From Macrostomum lignano (Eukaryota): 64,000 bases of DNA. A model generated the notes under the pieces. The model did not search any database. It saw only the letters and a list, made by a program, of their open reading frames with translations, and was not told the origin of the DNA. Both the position numbers and the translations under genes were made by a program. How positions within the stretch are numbered: the stretch's first letter is position 1; every line of letters begins with the position of its first letter. Positions 1 to 16,929 of this stretch are shown one piece after another. The stretch spans positions 62,001 to 126,000 of the forward strand of contig NIVC01001497.1 in NCBI GenBank assembly GCA_002269645.1, given 5' to 3'.

Positions 1-639
1 TTGTCCCGATTTTCAATTACTAAACTCGCATTCAATCGACCTGCTCGTGCGCGTCCACTTTTACCTGCTTTATTAGTTTTCTTTCATCCTTTTTTACTCC
101 CTGTTTGCCTTTCCTTGGTTGCTCGTTAATTATATACAAACTATTAACATTATTACTGATTTTTAATTTAACATTTAACAGCTCATCAGGAGAACTATAA
201 TTTGCCAAATAAATATCGCATGCTGTTCAGCCTGATTTGGCGGTACACTTCTCTCACTCTATACACATTATATATAACCCAATTGCAGTGTCTGCGGAAG
301 CTTATTTTTTCTGATTTTTGACCGACAATCTCTCTTACTAGTTGGTTGGCGCACTTCTTGTGTGTTCCTGTCTATTTGATGAACCTGTTACTGGTGCTGA
401 TGCTAATCTTGAATGTTTAATTTTTTACTAATAACACGCGCTACTTGCTACTATTTTGTTTTGTCACTTTTTTCTACTGCTTTTCCCGTTTGCATTATAA
501 GTATTTTTAGCTGGCATTGTTGGATTGTCTGAAGCTGGATTCGTATCTGGTGGCTCTAGCAGCCATTCTTACCTCTGACCTATCTGTCATCTCATCTCTT
601 TTCTCTCCCTGTCTCATCTCTCGATCAGTCTCGTCCCTC

Positions 640-1090
640 CGTGTCTCATCTCTACAACATTCTCATGTCTCCGTGTGTCATCTCTACATCATTCTCATGT
701 CTCCGTGTGTCATCTCTACATCATTGTCATATCTACGTATCTCATCTCTATATCATTCTCATGTCTCCGTGTGTCATCTCTACATCATTCTCATGTCTCC
801 GTGTCTCATCTCTATATCATTCTCATGTCTCCGTGTGTCATCTCTACATCATTCTCATGTCTCCGTGTCTCATCTCTATATCATTCTCATGTCTCCGTGT
901 GTCATCTCTACATCATTTTCATGTCTCCGTGTCTCATCTCTATATCATTCTCATGTCTCCGTGTGTCATCTCTACATCATTTTCATGTCTCCGTGTCTCA
1001 TCTCTATATCATTCTCATGTCTCCGTGTGTCATCTCTACATCATTCTCATGTCTCCGTGTCTCATCTCTATATCATTCTCATGTCTCGGG
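640..1090. repeat. Tandem repeat, 32-bp unit (ATCTCTACATCATTCTCATGTCTCCGTGTGTC)
   Basis: Unit recurs at 32-bp spacing (e.g. 681, 713); explains the spurious ORFs 517..1270. Confidence 0.9.
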
Positions 1091-1762
1091 TATTATCTCT
1101 CCATCATTTTCATCTCTCCCTCATCTCCCTTGCACCGTAGCTCTAATCCCTCGAATTACAATTTGTTCCAGTGCAGCCTATCAAGCAGTGGAGCATTCAT
1201 CACGGTTTCGAAAAATTGCGTCAATTCTGCTTTGATTACTAATTTAGCGAGCTGCACTACCTTTAGCTGACTCAATGAATTAATCACACATTGTTATTTT
1301 TTAACCTAGCATTCTATAGTGGTATTATACTCGTAAAATATACAAGAAACCAAGCTGATTATTAATATTCAATTTGACGCTTTGTATTTACCTAAGTTTT
1401 TCTTGGTTAATACACGCATTATCTTGCTACTTTTTAGCGTAAAATTGTCTTATTGCTACTAGCTATTAGTAGCAAGAACGACATGTTATGAAATTTTATA
1501 TTACACATATCAAGCATAAATATAAACTTTACTTAGGGAATTTTGTAAAACAGTTGTTTCACTTTTGTTAATACGAGTATATACCCAGGCAAATAGACTA
1601 ATGAACAGAACCTAATGCTTTCTTGAGTCGATAGTTATTATTTAAAACCGCCTTGTTTGTTCATGATAAGCTATAAGTTGGTATTTTTTATATATTTACT
1701 AAAAATCAACAAAGACCTGCTATTACCACTTGAAGCAACAAAGACGCTATAGAATCCAAGCC

Positions 1763-4700
1763 ATGTCATCGCCAGCTGCTGATGAAGCTGCTAAGCGGGA
1801 GGCCACTCAGCCAGCCGCCGCTGCCGCCGATACAGTCGGAGCAGCCGCCACACCGAACGGCGGCAACTACAAAGACTCTGTCAACGCTCTCCGATCAACT
1901 TTCCTAAGCGGCCAGACTCGCCCGCTGTCCTGGCGCCGCAAGCAGCTGGAGGCGCTGTACGCGCTGCTCACCGACCAGGAGGACCGCATCGCGGAGGCGC
2001 TCTGGCAGGATCTGCGCAAATGCCGGCAGGAGGCGGCCGCCGCCGAGCTGCTCATCCTCAAGGCCGACATTGCCAAGCTGAACCGCGACCTGCCTCAGCT
2101 GACCGACATTCATAAAGTGAAGAAGACCTTCATCAGCATGATGGACAACCTCGGCCTGCAGCAACAGCCGTACGGAGTCGCCCTCATTATCGGCGCCTGG
2201 AATTATCCGTTCCAGCTGACTCTGATGCCGCTGGCCGGCGCCATCGCAGCTGGCAACTGCGCTCTGGTCAAGCCGTCCGAGATTGCCTCGGCCTCCGCCG
2301 CCTTGCTGGCCGAACTGGTGCCCAAGTATCTGGACCAATCCTGCATCCGTGTTGTCTGCGGCGGCGCCAAGGAGACCCAGGAGCTGCTCGAGCAGCGGTT
2401 CGATTATATCTTTTATACTGGCAGCTCCCGAGTTGGCCGGCTGGTCATGGCCGCCGCTAGCAAGCACCTGACCCCGGTGACACTCGAACTGGGCGGCAAG
2501 TCCCCCGTCTACGTGTCCGAAGGAGTGGATTTGGGCCAGGTTAGATGGGATCTGGGTCGAGTAAAGTGAATCTGGACTAGGTGAGATGGGATCTGGGCTT
2601 AGGTGAGAATGAGATAGAAACTGGTCAGGTGATATGGGATCTGGGCCGGGTGAGATGGGATCTAGGCTAAGTGAGATGGGATCTGGGTTGGGTGAAGTGG
2701 ATCTGGACTAGGTGAGATGGGATTTGGGTTGGGTGAAGTGAATCTGGACTAGGTGAGATGGGATTTGGGTTGAGTGAAGTGGATCTGGGCTAGGTGAGAT
2801 GGGATCTGGGCTTAGGTGAGAATGAGATAGAAACTGTTCAGGTGATATGGGATCTAGGCTAGGTGAGATGGGATCTAGGCTAAGTGAGATGGGATCTGGG
2901 TTGAGTGAAGTGGATCTGGACTAGGTGAGATGGGATCTGGGCTTAGGTGAGAATGAGATATAAACTGGCCAGGTGATATGGGATCTGGGCCGGGTGAGAT
3001 GGGATCTGGGCCAGGTAAGATTGAATCTGGGCCAGGTGAGATCGGATCTGGGCCAGGTGAGATTGGATCTGGGCCAGGTGAGATGGGATCTTGGTCAGGT
3101 GAGATCGGATCTGGGCCAGGTAAGATTGGATCTGGGCCAGGTGAGATGGGATCTTGGTCAGGTGAGATCGGATCTGGGCCAGGTAAGATTGAATCTGGGC
3201 CAGGTAAGATTGAATCTGGGCCAGGTGAGATTAGATCTAGGCCAGGTGAGATCGGATCTGGGCTAGGTGAGATCGGATCTGGGCCAGGTGAGATTGAATC
3301 TGGGCCAGGTGAGATCGGATCTGGGCCAGGTGAGATTGGATCTGGGCCAGGTGAGATCGGATCTGGGCCAGGTGAGATTGGATCTGGGCCAGGTGAGATT
3401 GGACTCTATTTCAGGTGAGATACTCTTCTTGTCCCACCGCAGGTGTCCAAGCGGCTAGCCTGGGGCAAGTTCTTAAACGCAGGCCAGACGTGCATCGCCC
3501 CGGACTATGTGATGTGCCCGCCGGAGCTGGCCCAGCCGCTGGCCGACGCCGTTGCCGCTCAGATTGCGGAGTTCTACGGCCAGGACCCGAAGGCCAGTCC
3601 AGACTATGGCCGGATCGTGTCCGATAGAATGTTCGACAGGATTGTCGGCCTAATGCAGGCTAGCAAAGCTGATAGGTGGGCCGGTTTGCCTCGCTCTGTT
3701 GGTTGCTAAATGGGACATTCTTCTCTTCTGCTAACAGGGGAATTTTATTCGATGGTAGGGGGATTCTTCTGAGCTGATAAGTGAATTTCCAATTTTTTAA
3801 AGATCCGACTGTGAATACTTCTAGGCGGGATTTCTGACTCGCTCTGGGCGAGTTTATTGCTTTATTAGTGGGGAAATTTACGGCCCGATTAAGAGATTAT
3901 TATTTTCTTTTTTACGAATTTATTGTTGCACTAAAGGAAGATTTTCTAAATCACTTAGGGGATATTTTTTTCTTGTGCTAACAAGAGATTTTGATTAGGA
4001 GGGAATCTCTCACCGGCTTTGGGAAGGAATCTCTCACGAGCTTTTTGAGGGAATCTCACTAGTTCAGGGAGGGAATCTCTCACCGGCTTTGGGAGAGAAT
4101 CTCTCACCAGCTCAGGGAGGAAATCTCTCACCAGCTCAGGAAGGGAATCTCTCACCAGCTCAGAGAGGGAATCTCTCACCAGCTCAGGGAGGGAATCTTT
4201 CACTAGCTTTGGGAGGGAATCTCTCACCAGCTCAGGGAGGGAATCTCTCACCAGCTCAGAGAGGGAATCTCACCAGCTCAGAGAGGAAATCTCTTACCAG
4301 CTCAGAGAGGGAATCTCTCACCAGCTCAGGGAGGGAATCTCACCAGCTCAGAGAGGAAATCTCTTACCAGCTCAGAGAGGGAATCTCTCACTAGTTAGGG
4401 AGGGAATCTTTTACTGGCTCAGAGAGAGAATCTCTCACCAGCTCAGGGAGGGAATCTCTCACCGGCTCAGGGAGGGAATCTCTCACCAGCTTATAATTGA
4501 AATTTCCTCTTCTTTAATTAGAACATACACTATACACATTAGCTGTAAATCATGGAGTTCTCATTCCCGCCAACGACGGCAGGGCCACTGGAGGTGACAC
4601 GGACCGCGATGCCCGCTACATCGCCCCGACTGTGTACACCAACGTGCGCGCCGATGACGCCCTGATGCGCGAGGAGATTTTCGGCCCGCTGATGCCAATT

Positions 4701-5453
4701 ATGCCAGTTAGCGGAGTCGAAGAGGCTGTGTACTTCATCAACAAATGCGAGAAGCCGCTGGCTATTTATGTTTTTACTCACGACGGCAGCGTGAAACGGC
4801 GCTTCGAGGAGCAGACAAGCTCAGGGGCGTTGGTCTTTAACGACGTGGTCATCCACGCCGGCATGGAGACCCTGCCGTTTGGCGGCGTCGGGCACAGCGG
4901 CATGGGCAAGTATCACGGAAGGTGAGCCGGTTTTTTGCTTAGCCATACGGTATAGTTGGGTATGTGGTTCACGGATAGGATATCTGATTCACGGGTAGGT
5001 TATCTGATTCACGGGTAGGTTATCTGGCTTACGGATCAGACAGCTGACTCACAGGTATATGATTCACGAACTGTTTGTATATGATATCACGGGTTGGGTA
5101 TATGATTGACGAATTGGGTATATGATATGATTCACGGAGTGGGTATATGATTACCGTGTTGATTACTTGGTTGATCTATTACCTTGATTTACTTTAAAAG
5201 TTCTCCCATAATCTAAGTGCATTAGAGACAGGGTGCTCTCAGTCAGTACTTATAAACCAGTCACGCTTTCCCCAGGTTCACATTTGACACATTCTCGCAC
5301 CAGCGGGCCCTGCTGTACAAGAGCTCCTCGGCCACTTCCGAGATGGTCAACAACAAATTTCGCTATCCGCCGTACAATGATAGCAAACTGGCCTGGGTGA
5401 ACTGGGCTCTGAGCAGCTCGGTGAAGAAGGGATCCACCTGTGTGCTCATGTGA
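1763..5453 (+). CDS. ALDH3: Aldehyde dehydrogenase family 3 (ALDH3A/3B-like), 4 exons: 1763-2539, 3443-3675, 4583-4921, 5276-5453
   Basis: Motifs GAWNYPFQL, KPSE, FYTGSSRVG, TLELGGKSP, catalytic NAGQTCIAPDY, EEIFGP and LPFGGVGHSGMGKYHG. GT-AG junctions are phase-consistent (0,2,2). Ends ...STCVLM-stop. The exon 3 acceptor (4583) was chosen by phase. Confidence 0.93.
2540..3400 (+). repeat. 21-bp tandem array (GGATCTGGGCCAGGTGAGATT-like) filling ALDH intron 1
   Basis: The unit matches the exon1/intron1 junction GGATTTGGGCCAG|GTTAGAT. Confidence 0.9.
4005..4490. repeat. 24-bp tandem array (GGAATCTCTCACCAGCTCAGGGAG) in ALDH intron 2
   Basis: 24-bp periodicity (4145, 4169); source of ORFs 3955..4394. 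Confidence 0.9.
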
Positions 5454-7029
5454 GCATGCAAGCTCTGTTTTCAGTTGGTTTTCGGGCTAACAACTATCTG
5501 CCATTATTTTATGTATATCTTTATCCCATCAAGCTTGCTCTGTAAATTCACATTAACCCCTATCTCCTCTTATTTTTTGAAAGACAGCCGGGTTGTGAGC
5601 TTTTTAAACTTTTATTTTTTCAAAAAATCTCGAATTATCCTGCCGCTAATTTAGAGTGCTTTTTATAGTACTATGCTTAACCAATATTTTGCCTGTAACA
5701 CAGATATAACACAGATACTAGATGTCACTCGCAATTAAAGTTGTGAAAAGCAAAGCGTCTACTCTTTTTGAGTAATATATCTGCGCAATGTCACTTAAAT
5801 TTAATGTGGCAGCTAAAAATTGTTTTTCTTCCTCGGAGTTTGTTATCTCAGGAGCATATGTGGTTAAGAATCAATAAGCATTTAATTCGATGTACACAAG
5901 TGAACGCAAGACGGACAAAACTTAGCCTAGCCAATCTGGCTCAGCCAATGAGAGAGCAGTAAGGAGAGAGGTCAAAGTCAGACGAACAAAACTCTAGGGA
6001 GCAGGGCCCAATCTGGCTCAGCCAATGAGAGAGCAGTAAGGAGAGAGGTCAAAGTCAGACGGACAAAACTCAGTCTAGGGAGAGAGCAGTGAGACAAGAG
6101 GAAAACCAAACTGTTTATCGGCCTTGCTGGGGGCTGGGACCTCTAAAACGCTAATTTACTACTGAAAAAGAGTAAATGAGCGCGTTTTTTGCGAGTGACA
6201 TCTTGTTATTTTAGTATCTGTTGGTGTATATTAAAAAATCTTACAATAGTCAATAAATTATTATTATTATACCATTATTATTCATTAATTGTTTTCATTA
6301 AACTGTTTCGCTTCATTTCAAAGAATTTCGTTACTAAGTAGGAGCTGGGAATTCGGTAGAAATTTAGATTTGTTAGACATTTACAGACTACTTTAAGTAG
6401 CTTATAGTATTGTCACATGGACGGAAATCCTGTTTAGAAGTTCTATAACAACATTAATCGTGTTTAAGATTTAGGACACTTGCTTTTGCGTTTTTATCTC
6501 GCTGTTGTGTCTGATGTAATTATTAATTTTTTTTGTTTTCTTCTGCGCGATATTTTTTACGTAAAATTTGCAGCTTCCTACCCTTAAATCTACGAGCATA
6601 TATACTACCCTCATAATATCTGTATATACGAGTAATATTAGTTTTTATTGAAAACTATAAGACTGGCCGCTGTGCCCTATGGCTATACAATGCTGGTGCC
6701 TGCTATTGACGTATTTTTCTATTGGCCAATTTATAATTTTGTTCACTTTTAAAAAAATTGAATTTCTTACTATATCTACCGTTTAAATATTGCTTTTCTG
6801 GCTCCGCAAAATATACTAATTATTATAACTTTACCGCTTTTAAACGCTTTTAAATCTCAATAACTTTTGGTCTTTAAAAATTATTTTTCAAAGATTTCAA
6901 TACTCAGGCTTTAGAAAAAGCCTTCTAAATTAGATATTTTCGCTATAAAATTGTGTAGTGATCATGCACCAGGCTTTTTGTAATGATCTCTTATTGTGGT
7001 CAAACCTTGGCATCACGATCCCTTAACTT

Positions 7030-8030
7030 TCACCAGTGACCCAGCGATGATCCCCTCTGAGACTCATGACCGCCAAATAATCTCCACTGTGACTTATGAC
7101 CACCCGATGATCCCCATGACCACCCGATGATCCCCATTACCACCCGATGAACCCCATGATTACCCGATGATCCCCATGATCACCCGATGATCCCCATGAC
7201 CACCCGATGATCCCCATGACCACCCGATGATCCCCTCTGAGACCCATGACCACCCGATGATCTCCACTGTGACCCATGACCACCCGATTGTGCCCACTGT
7301 GACCCATGATCACCCGATGATGCCCACTGTGACCCATGACCGCCTGATGATCCCCATTGCGACCCATGACCACCCGATGATCCCCACTATGGCCCATGAC
7401 CATCCGATGATCCCCATGACTACCCGATGATCCCAATGACAACCCGATGATCCCCACGACCACCCGATGATCCCCACTGTGACCCATGACCACCCGATGA
7501 TCCCAATGACCACCTGATGATCCCCATGACCACCCGATGATCCCCATGACCACCCGATGATCTCCATGACCACCCGATGACCCCCATGACCACCCGATGA
7601 TCCCACGACCACCCGATGATCCCCACTGTGACCTATGATCACCGGATGATCCCCATTACCACCCGATGATCCCCATGATTACCCGATGACCCCCATGACC
7701 ACCAGATGATCCCACGACCACCCGATGATTCCCATAACCACCCGATGATCCCCATGACCACCCGATGATCCCCACTGTAATCCATGACCATCCAATGACC
7801 CCCACTGTGACCCATGAGCACCGGATGATCCCCATTACCACCCGATGATCCCCATGATTACCCGATGACCCCCATGACCACCCGATGATCTCACGACCAC
7901 CCGATGATCCCCATGACCACCCGATGATCCCCACTGTGATCCATGACCATCCAATGACCCCCACTGTGACCCATGAGCACCGGATGATCCACATTACCAC
8001 CCGATGATCCCCACTGTGATCCATGACCAC
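7030..8030. repeat. 20/30-bp tandem array (GACCACCCGATGATCCCCAT)
   Basis: 20-bp period at 7201/7221 with 30-bp variants; source of the spurious ORFs 7137..8081. Confidence 0.9.
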
Positions 8031-8139
8031 CCGAAGCCCATTTCTATCCCTCATTTCAGTCCCAGTCTGTTCGCAGCTCAACCCAATGAAGCCTTAGCGA
8101 GTCGAACAATTTTCCGCCAGAAAACTGGCCTCTGCTGCC

Positions 8140-11756
<3,617 letters not shown>

Positions 11757-11854
11757 CTTCGCTGAGTTATTGTAATATATTTATGCTCTGCTTCACTGAT
11801 TTCTGCTAGCTTTTCACCTCGGCTCCGTACAGCAATCCGACCTCTGCTCCGTCA

Positions 11855-13627
11855 TCAGTGACCCACTATTCCGAAATCAGTGACCCACTATTCCGACATA
11901 AGTGATCCACTATTCCGACACCAGTGACCCACTCACTATTCCAACATCAGTGACCCACTATTCCGACATCAGTGACCCACTATTCCGACATCAGTGACCC
12001 ACTCACTATTCCGACATCAGTGACCCACTCACTATTCCGACATCAGTGACCCACTCACTATTCCGACATCAGTGACCCACTCACTATTCCGACATCAGTG
12101 ACCCTCTATTCCGACATCAGTTGACCCACTATTCCGACATCAGTGACCCACTATTCCGAAATCAGTGACCCACTATTCCGACATCAGTGACCCACTCACT
12201 ATTCCGACATCAGTGACCCACTCACTATTCCGACATCAGTGACCCACTATTCCGCCATCAGTGACCCACTATTCCGACATCAGTGACCCACTCACTATTC
12301 CGACATCAGTGACCCACTCACTATTCCGACATCAGTGACCCACTCACTATTCCGACATCAGTGACCCACTCACTATTCCGACATCAGTGACCCACCCACT
12401 ATTCCGACATCAGTGACCCACTCACTATTCCGACATCAGTGACCCACTCACTATTCCGACATCAGTGACCCACTCACTATTCCGACATCAGTGACCCACT
12501 CACTATTCCGACATCAGTGACCCTCTATTCCGACATCAGTTGACCCACTATTCCGACATCAGTGACCCACTATTCCGAAATCAGTGACCCACTATTCCGA
12601 CATCAGTGACCCACTCACTATTCCGACATCAGTGACCCACTCACTATTCCGACATCAGTGACCCACTATTCCGCCATCAGTGACCCACTATTCCGACATC
12701 AGTGACCCACTCACTATTCCGACATCAGTGACCCACTCACTATTCCGACATCAGTGACCCACTCACTATTCCGACATCAGTGACCCACTCACTATTCCGA
12801 CATCAGTGACCCACTCACTATTCCGACATCAGTGACCCACTCACTATTCCGACATCAGTGACCCACTCACTATTCCGACATCAGTGACTCACTATTCCGA
12901 CATCAGTGACTCACTATTCCGACATCAGTGACCCACTATTCCGACTTCAGTGACCCTTTATTCCGACATCAGTGACCCTCTATTCCGACATCAGTGACCC
13001 TCTATTCCGACTTCAGTGACCCTCTATTCCGACTTCAGTGACCCTCTTTTCCGACTTCAGTGACCCTCTTTTCCGACTTCAGTGGCCCACTATTCCGAAA
13101 TCAGTGACCCACTATTCCCAAATCAGTGACCCACTATTCCCAAATCAGTGACCCACTATTCCCAAATCAGTGACCCACTATTCCGAAATCAGTGACCCAC
13201 TATTCCGAAATCAGTGACCCACTATTCCCAAATCAGTGACCCACTATTCCCAAATCAGTGACCCACTATTCCCAAATCAGTGACCCACTATTCCCAAATC
13301 AGTGACCCACTATTCCCAAATCAGTGACCCACTATTCCGAAATCAGTGACCCACTATTCCGAAATCAGTGACCCACTATTCCCAAATCAGTGACCCACTA
13401 TTCCGAAATCAGTGACCCACTATTCCCAAATCAGTGACCCACTATTCCCAAATCAGTGACCCACTATTCCCAAATCAGTGACCCACTATTCCGAAATCAG
13501 TGACCCACTATTCCCAAATCAGTGACCCACTATTCCCAAATCAGTGACCCACTATTCCCAAATCAGTGACCCACTATTCCCAAATCAGTGACCCACTATT
13601 CCCAAATCAGTGACCCACTATTCCCAA
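11855..13627. repeat. 22/26-bp satellite (CAGTGACCCACT[CACT]ATTCCGACAT), block 1
   Basis: Direct inspection. Confidence 0.95.
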
Positions 13628-14404
13628 AGTCTGGTCGGTGCAGTTCAGGCCGAAATTCTAAATCAGTGCTTCATCATTGCGCTCAACAAAATAATTTTTG
13701 AATGCTGGGTTGAAATAAAAAAAAATTGGTTGAACAGGTAGGCCTGCTGTGACAATCTGTGTATTGTTTTCCTTCCTGTATGATTTTGTCCTTGTCGCTA
13801 GTTTTTCATGTAAGTCATTTTTCTCCTTGTCGGATGTGAACGCGAACTGAATTGTTGCAAGAGGTTTTTTTGCCTATTTGCTTTTTGTTTGGGAAACACT
13901 GCTTTAACATTCTAGCCGGTCTGTGCATGTTGTGTTGAAACTCATGAATGTTGAAAATACACGTTGCTCAATAGAATGCATTTATTACATTTTATAGTAA
14001 CTGTCCTTGAACTGAAAAACTACTTTAAAATTTGTATGTTTTACATAAATATTTGCGCATTATTTTACCGACATAATTCGCACTGTATACCCAAGCACCT
14101 GGGCCTTTCTATACAGCCCCATCCTTGAGCAGTATTATAATATAAGCGCTCAGTGGCGAGGTGAAACCAAGGCTGGCTGACTCGTGCGCTTTAAAGTATA
14201 TGTTGCGGCAATGGCTGGGATAAATAAGCCGTCAGCTGAATGACTGGAGTTTGCTAAGGAGAAATTTTCCTTAATGCTGCTTATTTATGCAGTCTGAGCT
14301 TGCTTCACTTTCTTAGGCTAGTGTTTGCCCACTGAACTGCACCATATAAATTGCCATGGGACATCAATGTCCTGTCTCAGTGTCCTCACCAATCTATTCT
14401 ATTT

Positions 14405-15145
14405 CGACATCAGTGAACCTCTATTCCGACATCAGTGACCCTCTATTTCGACATCAGTGACCCTCTATTTCGACATTAGTGACCCTCTATTCCGACATCA
14501 GTGACCCTCTATTTCGACATCAGTGACCCTCTATTCCGACATCAGTGACCCTCTATTCCGACATCAGTGACCCTCTATTTCGACATTAGTGACCCTCTAT
14601 TTCGACATTAGTGACCCTCTATTCCGACATCAGTGACCCTCTATTTCGACATCAGTGACCCTCTATTCCGACATTAGTAACCCTCTATTTCGACATCAGT
14701 GACCCTCTATTTCGACATCAGTAACCCTCTATTTCGACATCAGTGACCCTCTATTCCGACATCAGTGACCCTCTATTTCGACATCAGTGACCCTCTATTT
14801 CGATATTAGTGACCCTCTATTCCGACATCAGTAACCCTCTATTCCGACATCAGTGACCCACTCATTTTTCCAATATAAGTGACCCACTCATTATTCCGAT
14901 ATAAGTGACCCACTCACTATTCCGACATCAGTGACCCACTCATTATTCCGATATCAGTGACCCTCTATTCCGACATCAGTGACCCTCTATTCCGACTTCA
15001 GTGACCCTCTATTCCGACATCAGTGACCCTCTATTCCGACTTCAGTGACCCTCTATTCCGACATCAGTTACCCTCTATTCCGACTTCAGTGACCCTCTAT
15101 TCCGACATCAGTTACCCTCTATTCCGACTTCAGTGACCCACTATT
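14405..15145. repeat. 22-bp satellite, block 2 (CAGTGACCCTCTATTCCGACAT), same family as block 1
   Basis: Direct inspection. Confidence 0.95.
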
Positions 15146-16929
15146 GTTGGCGAAACAATCCTAAATTATAAAATTCTATAATTTAGGATTGTTTCTCGCT
15201 GAACTACACCTAGCTATTGACCGCCTTTTGAGCAGCTTATCTCGTCTCACACGGTATCATAGAGTAGAAATACGAAAGCTCGAATTAAATATCGAATAAT
15301 GAGGCAGAAAATGCTATGGCTAGCGAAAACTTGAGACTAAAAAGAATGTAAGTCTCCATCTTGCTCCCGCGAGTCCATTGCTAATCATTAATTATTCAGT
15401 CAGGTGAGGCTGAACCGGTACGGGGTGAGCAGCTGGCTGCCGCCCTCTATCCGAGTGTATATTTCATCTCAAGTTTCATACTTTTTCAATTAGCCTCGGC
15501 ATCGCAGCAGCCGGTCAGAATGCGGATTAGCTTGAGCTAAAGACAAATTCATATTTGCCCTTACCCAGGGGATCTGGGACGCATGCTGACTGGCAAATCA
15601 ATCAAGCAACACCGGCTCTCCGGGACTTCAGATTCTAGGATGCAGCTTCCACTGCGTGACAAGCTCGCTGCTGACAGCTGCCATAAAATCCAACGCGTTT
15701 AACTGGCAGAACATTTTTACAGCAGTATTATATGCGCGCGATTTCGCGAAAGATTTCTTAAGCATCCTCCAATCCGCTGCGGACGATGAAGGAAACAACA
15801 AGGGGACTTGTACCTTCCTAACATCTACTGCTCTTGCACTTTCGCCTCCATCGCCTGCAATACTTAACTGTTCTAGCGCCAGGTGCATGCTCTGGGATGT
15901 GTTGAGCACACTTGAGCTGTTTAACAGGCTGTCAATCAATACGCCGGGAAATTAAGCTAACAATTCCAAGATGCGTTTATCTTCTTGCATGCCACGCCAA
16001 TTTTTATTGCACTCGTAATGACGCGCCCCAGAAACCCACGAGGCATCGGATCTTAGCATGCGCTTTTTCTTGCCTAACCAGGGGCAGCCACTGACGTCCG
16101 AGCTTATGAATAGTTAATGGGAACTCGAGTTTCTTGTGTATAATAATATAACCTTTGCACTTTCAATATGGGGTAAAAGTTACTGGCCAACGAACTCTAT
16201 TCGTTTGCCTCAGACTCTTGAGCATTTGAAAAGTTTTGCTGTGCACAGACTCTTGCATGCGGGTACTTCTCTCCTTCAAGGGTCAAGAGCTGCTCTGTGT
16301 GTCCACGAACTGCGCTCCTTGTCAATCCTAATGTCTTCACCGGGCCGCTTCCGGGAGCGGAAAAGCTTCTTTAAGTTTCGCTTCGCTTCAGTTCAGTTTC
16401 AGAAGGGCCTTATCAAGCCGGTGCAGTCCCGCTATTTCGCTTCATTGCGTGCGCGGCTCGGGGCGTGCAGAAAGCTGCTGGCATAATGAGATACTGAGGC
16501 TGAGCAGTGGACTGCTAGGTCAGGCTGAGTCTGTGAAACTTCAACTTGGAATAAAACTACGAGTAGTTAAGCTCAGGCCCATGATTTGGAGTTGAGAAGC
16601 TGCGCCTGTCTACTCAAATAATAGTTTTTTTAGTTTGCGATGTTACTCAATTGAACACTTGTGAGCACTTGCTCAAACTCAATTAATACGCTGTTAAGAA
16701 TACATGCACTGTATTAGTCATATTATACTTTACTAAACGCAACACAATAGCGAGAGTAAGTTTATTTTAGTTCAACAGTCAGGGTGTAAATTTATTAGGG
16801 CGCAGCAGAGCCAGCAATACTTTCATCAGCTGCTCACGTGGGTTTTAAAATGTTTTGTTAAAGTTTCCAGTACCCAGCAATCTCAAGTAAGATTCACTCA
16901 GCCTCAGCAACAATGCGTATTTCATGGCT

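Noticed and set aside
1-1300. Possible minus-strand exon near 1150-1260 (KVVQLAKLVIKAELTQFF...)
   Set aside because: Too short, no motif, and no partner exon identified.
2973-4394. GSGPGEI and GNLSPAQ repeat ORFs resembling structural proteins
   Set aside because: They lie inside ALDH introns and are stop-free translations of 21-bp and 24-bp units.
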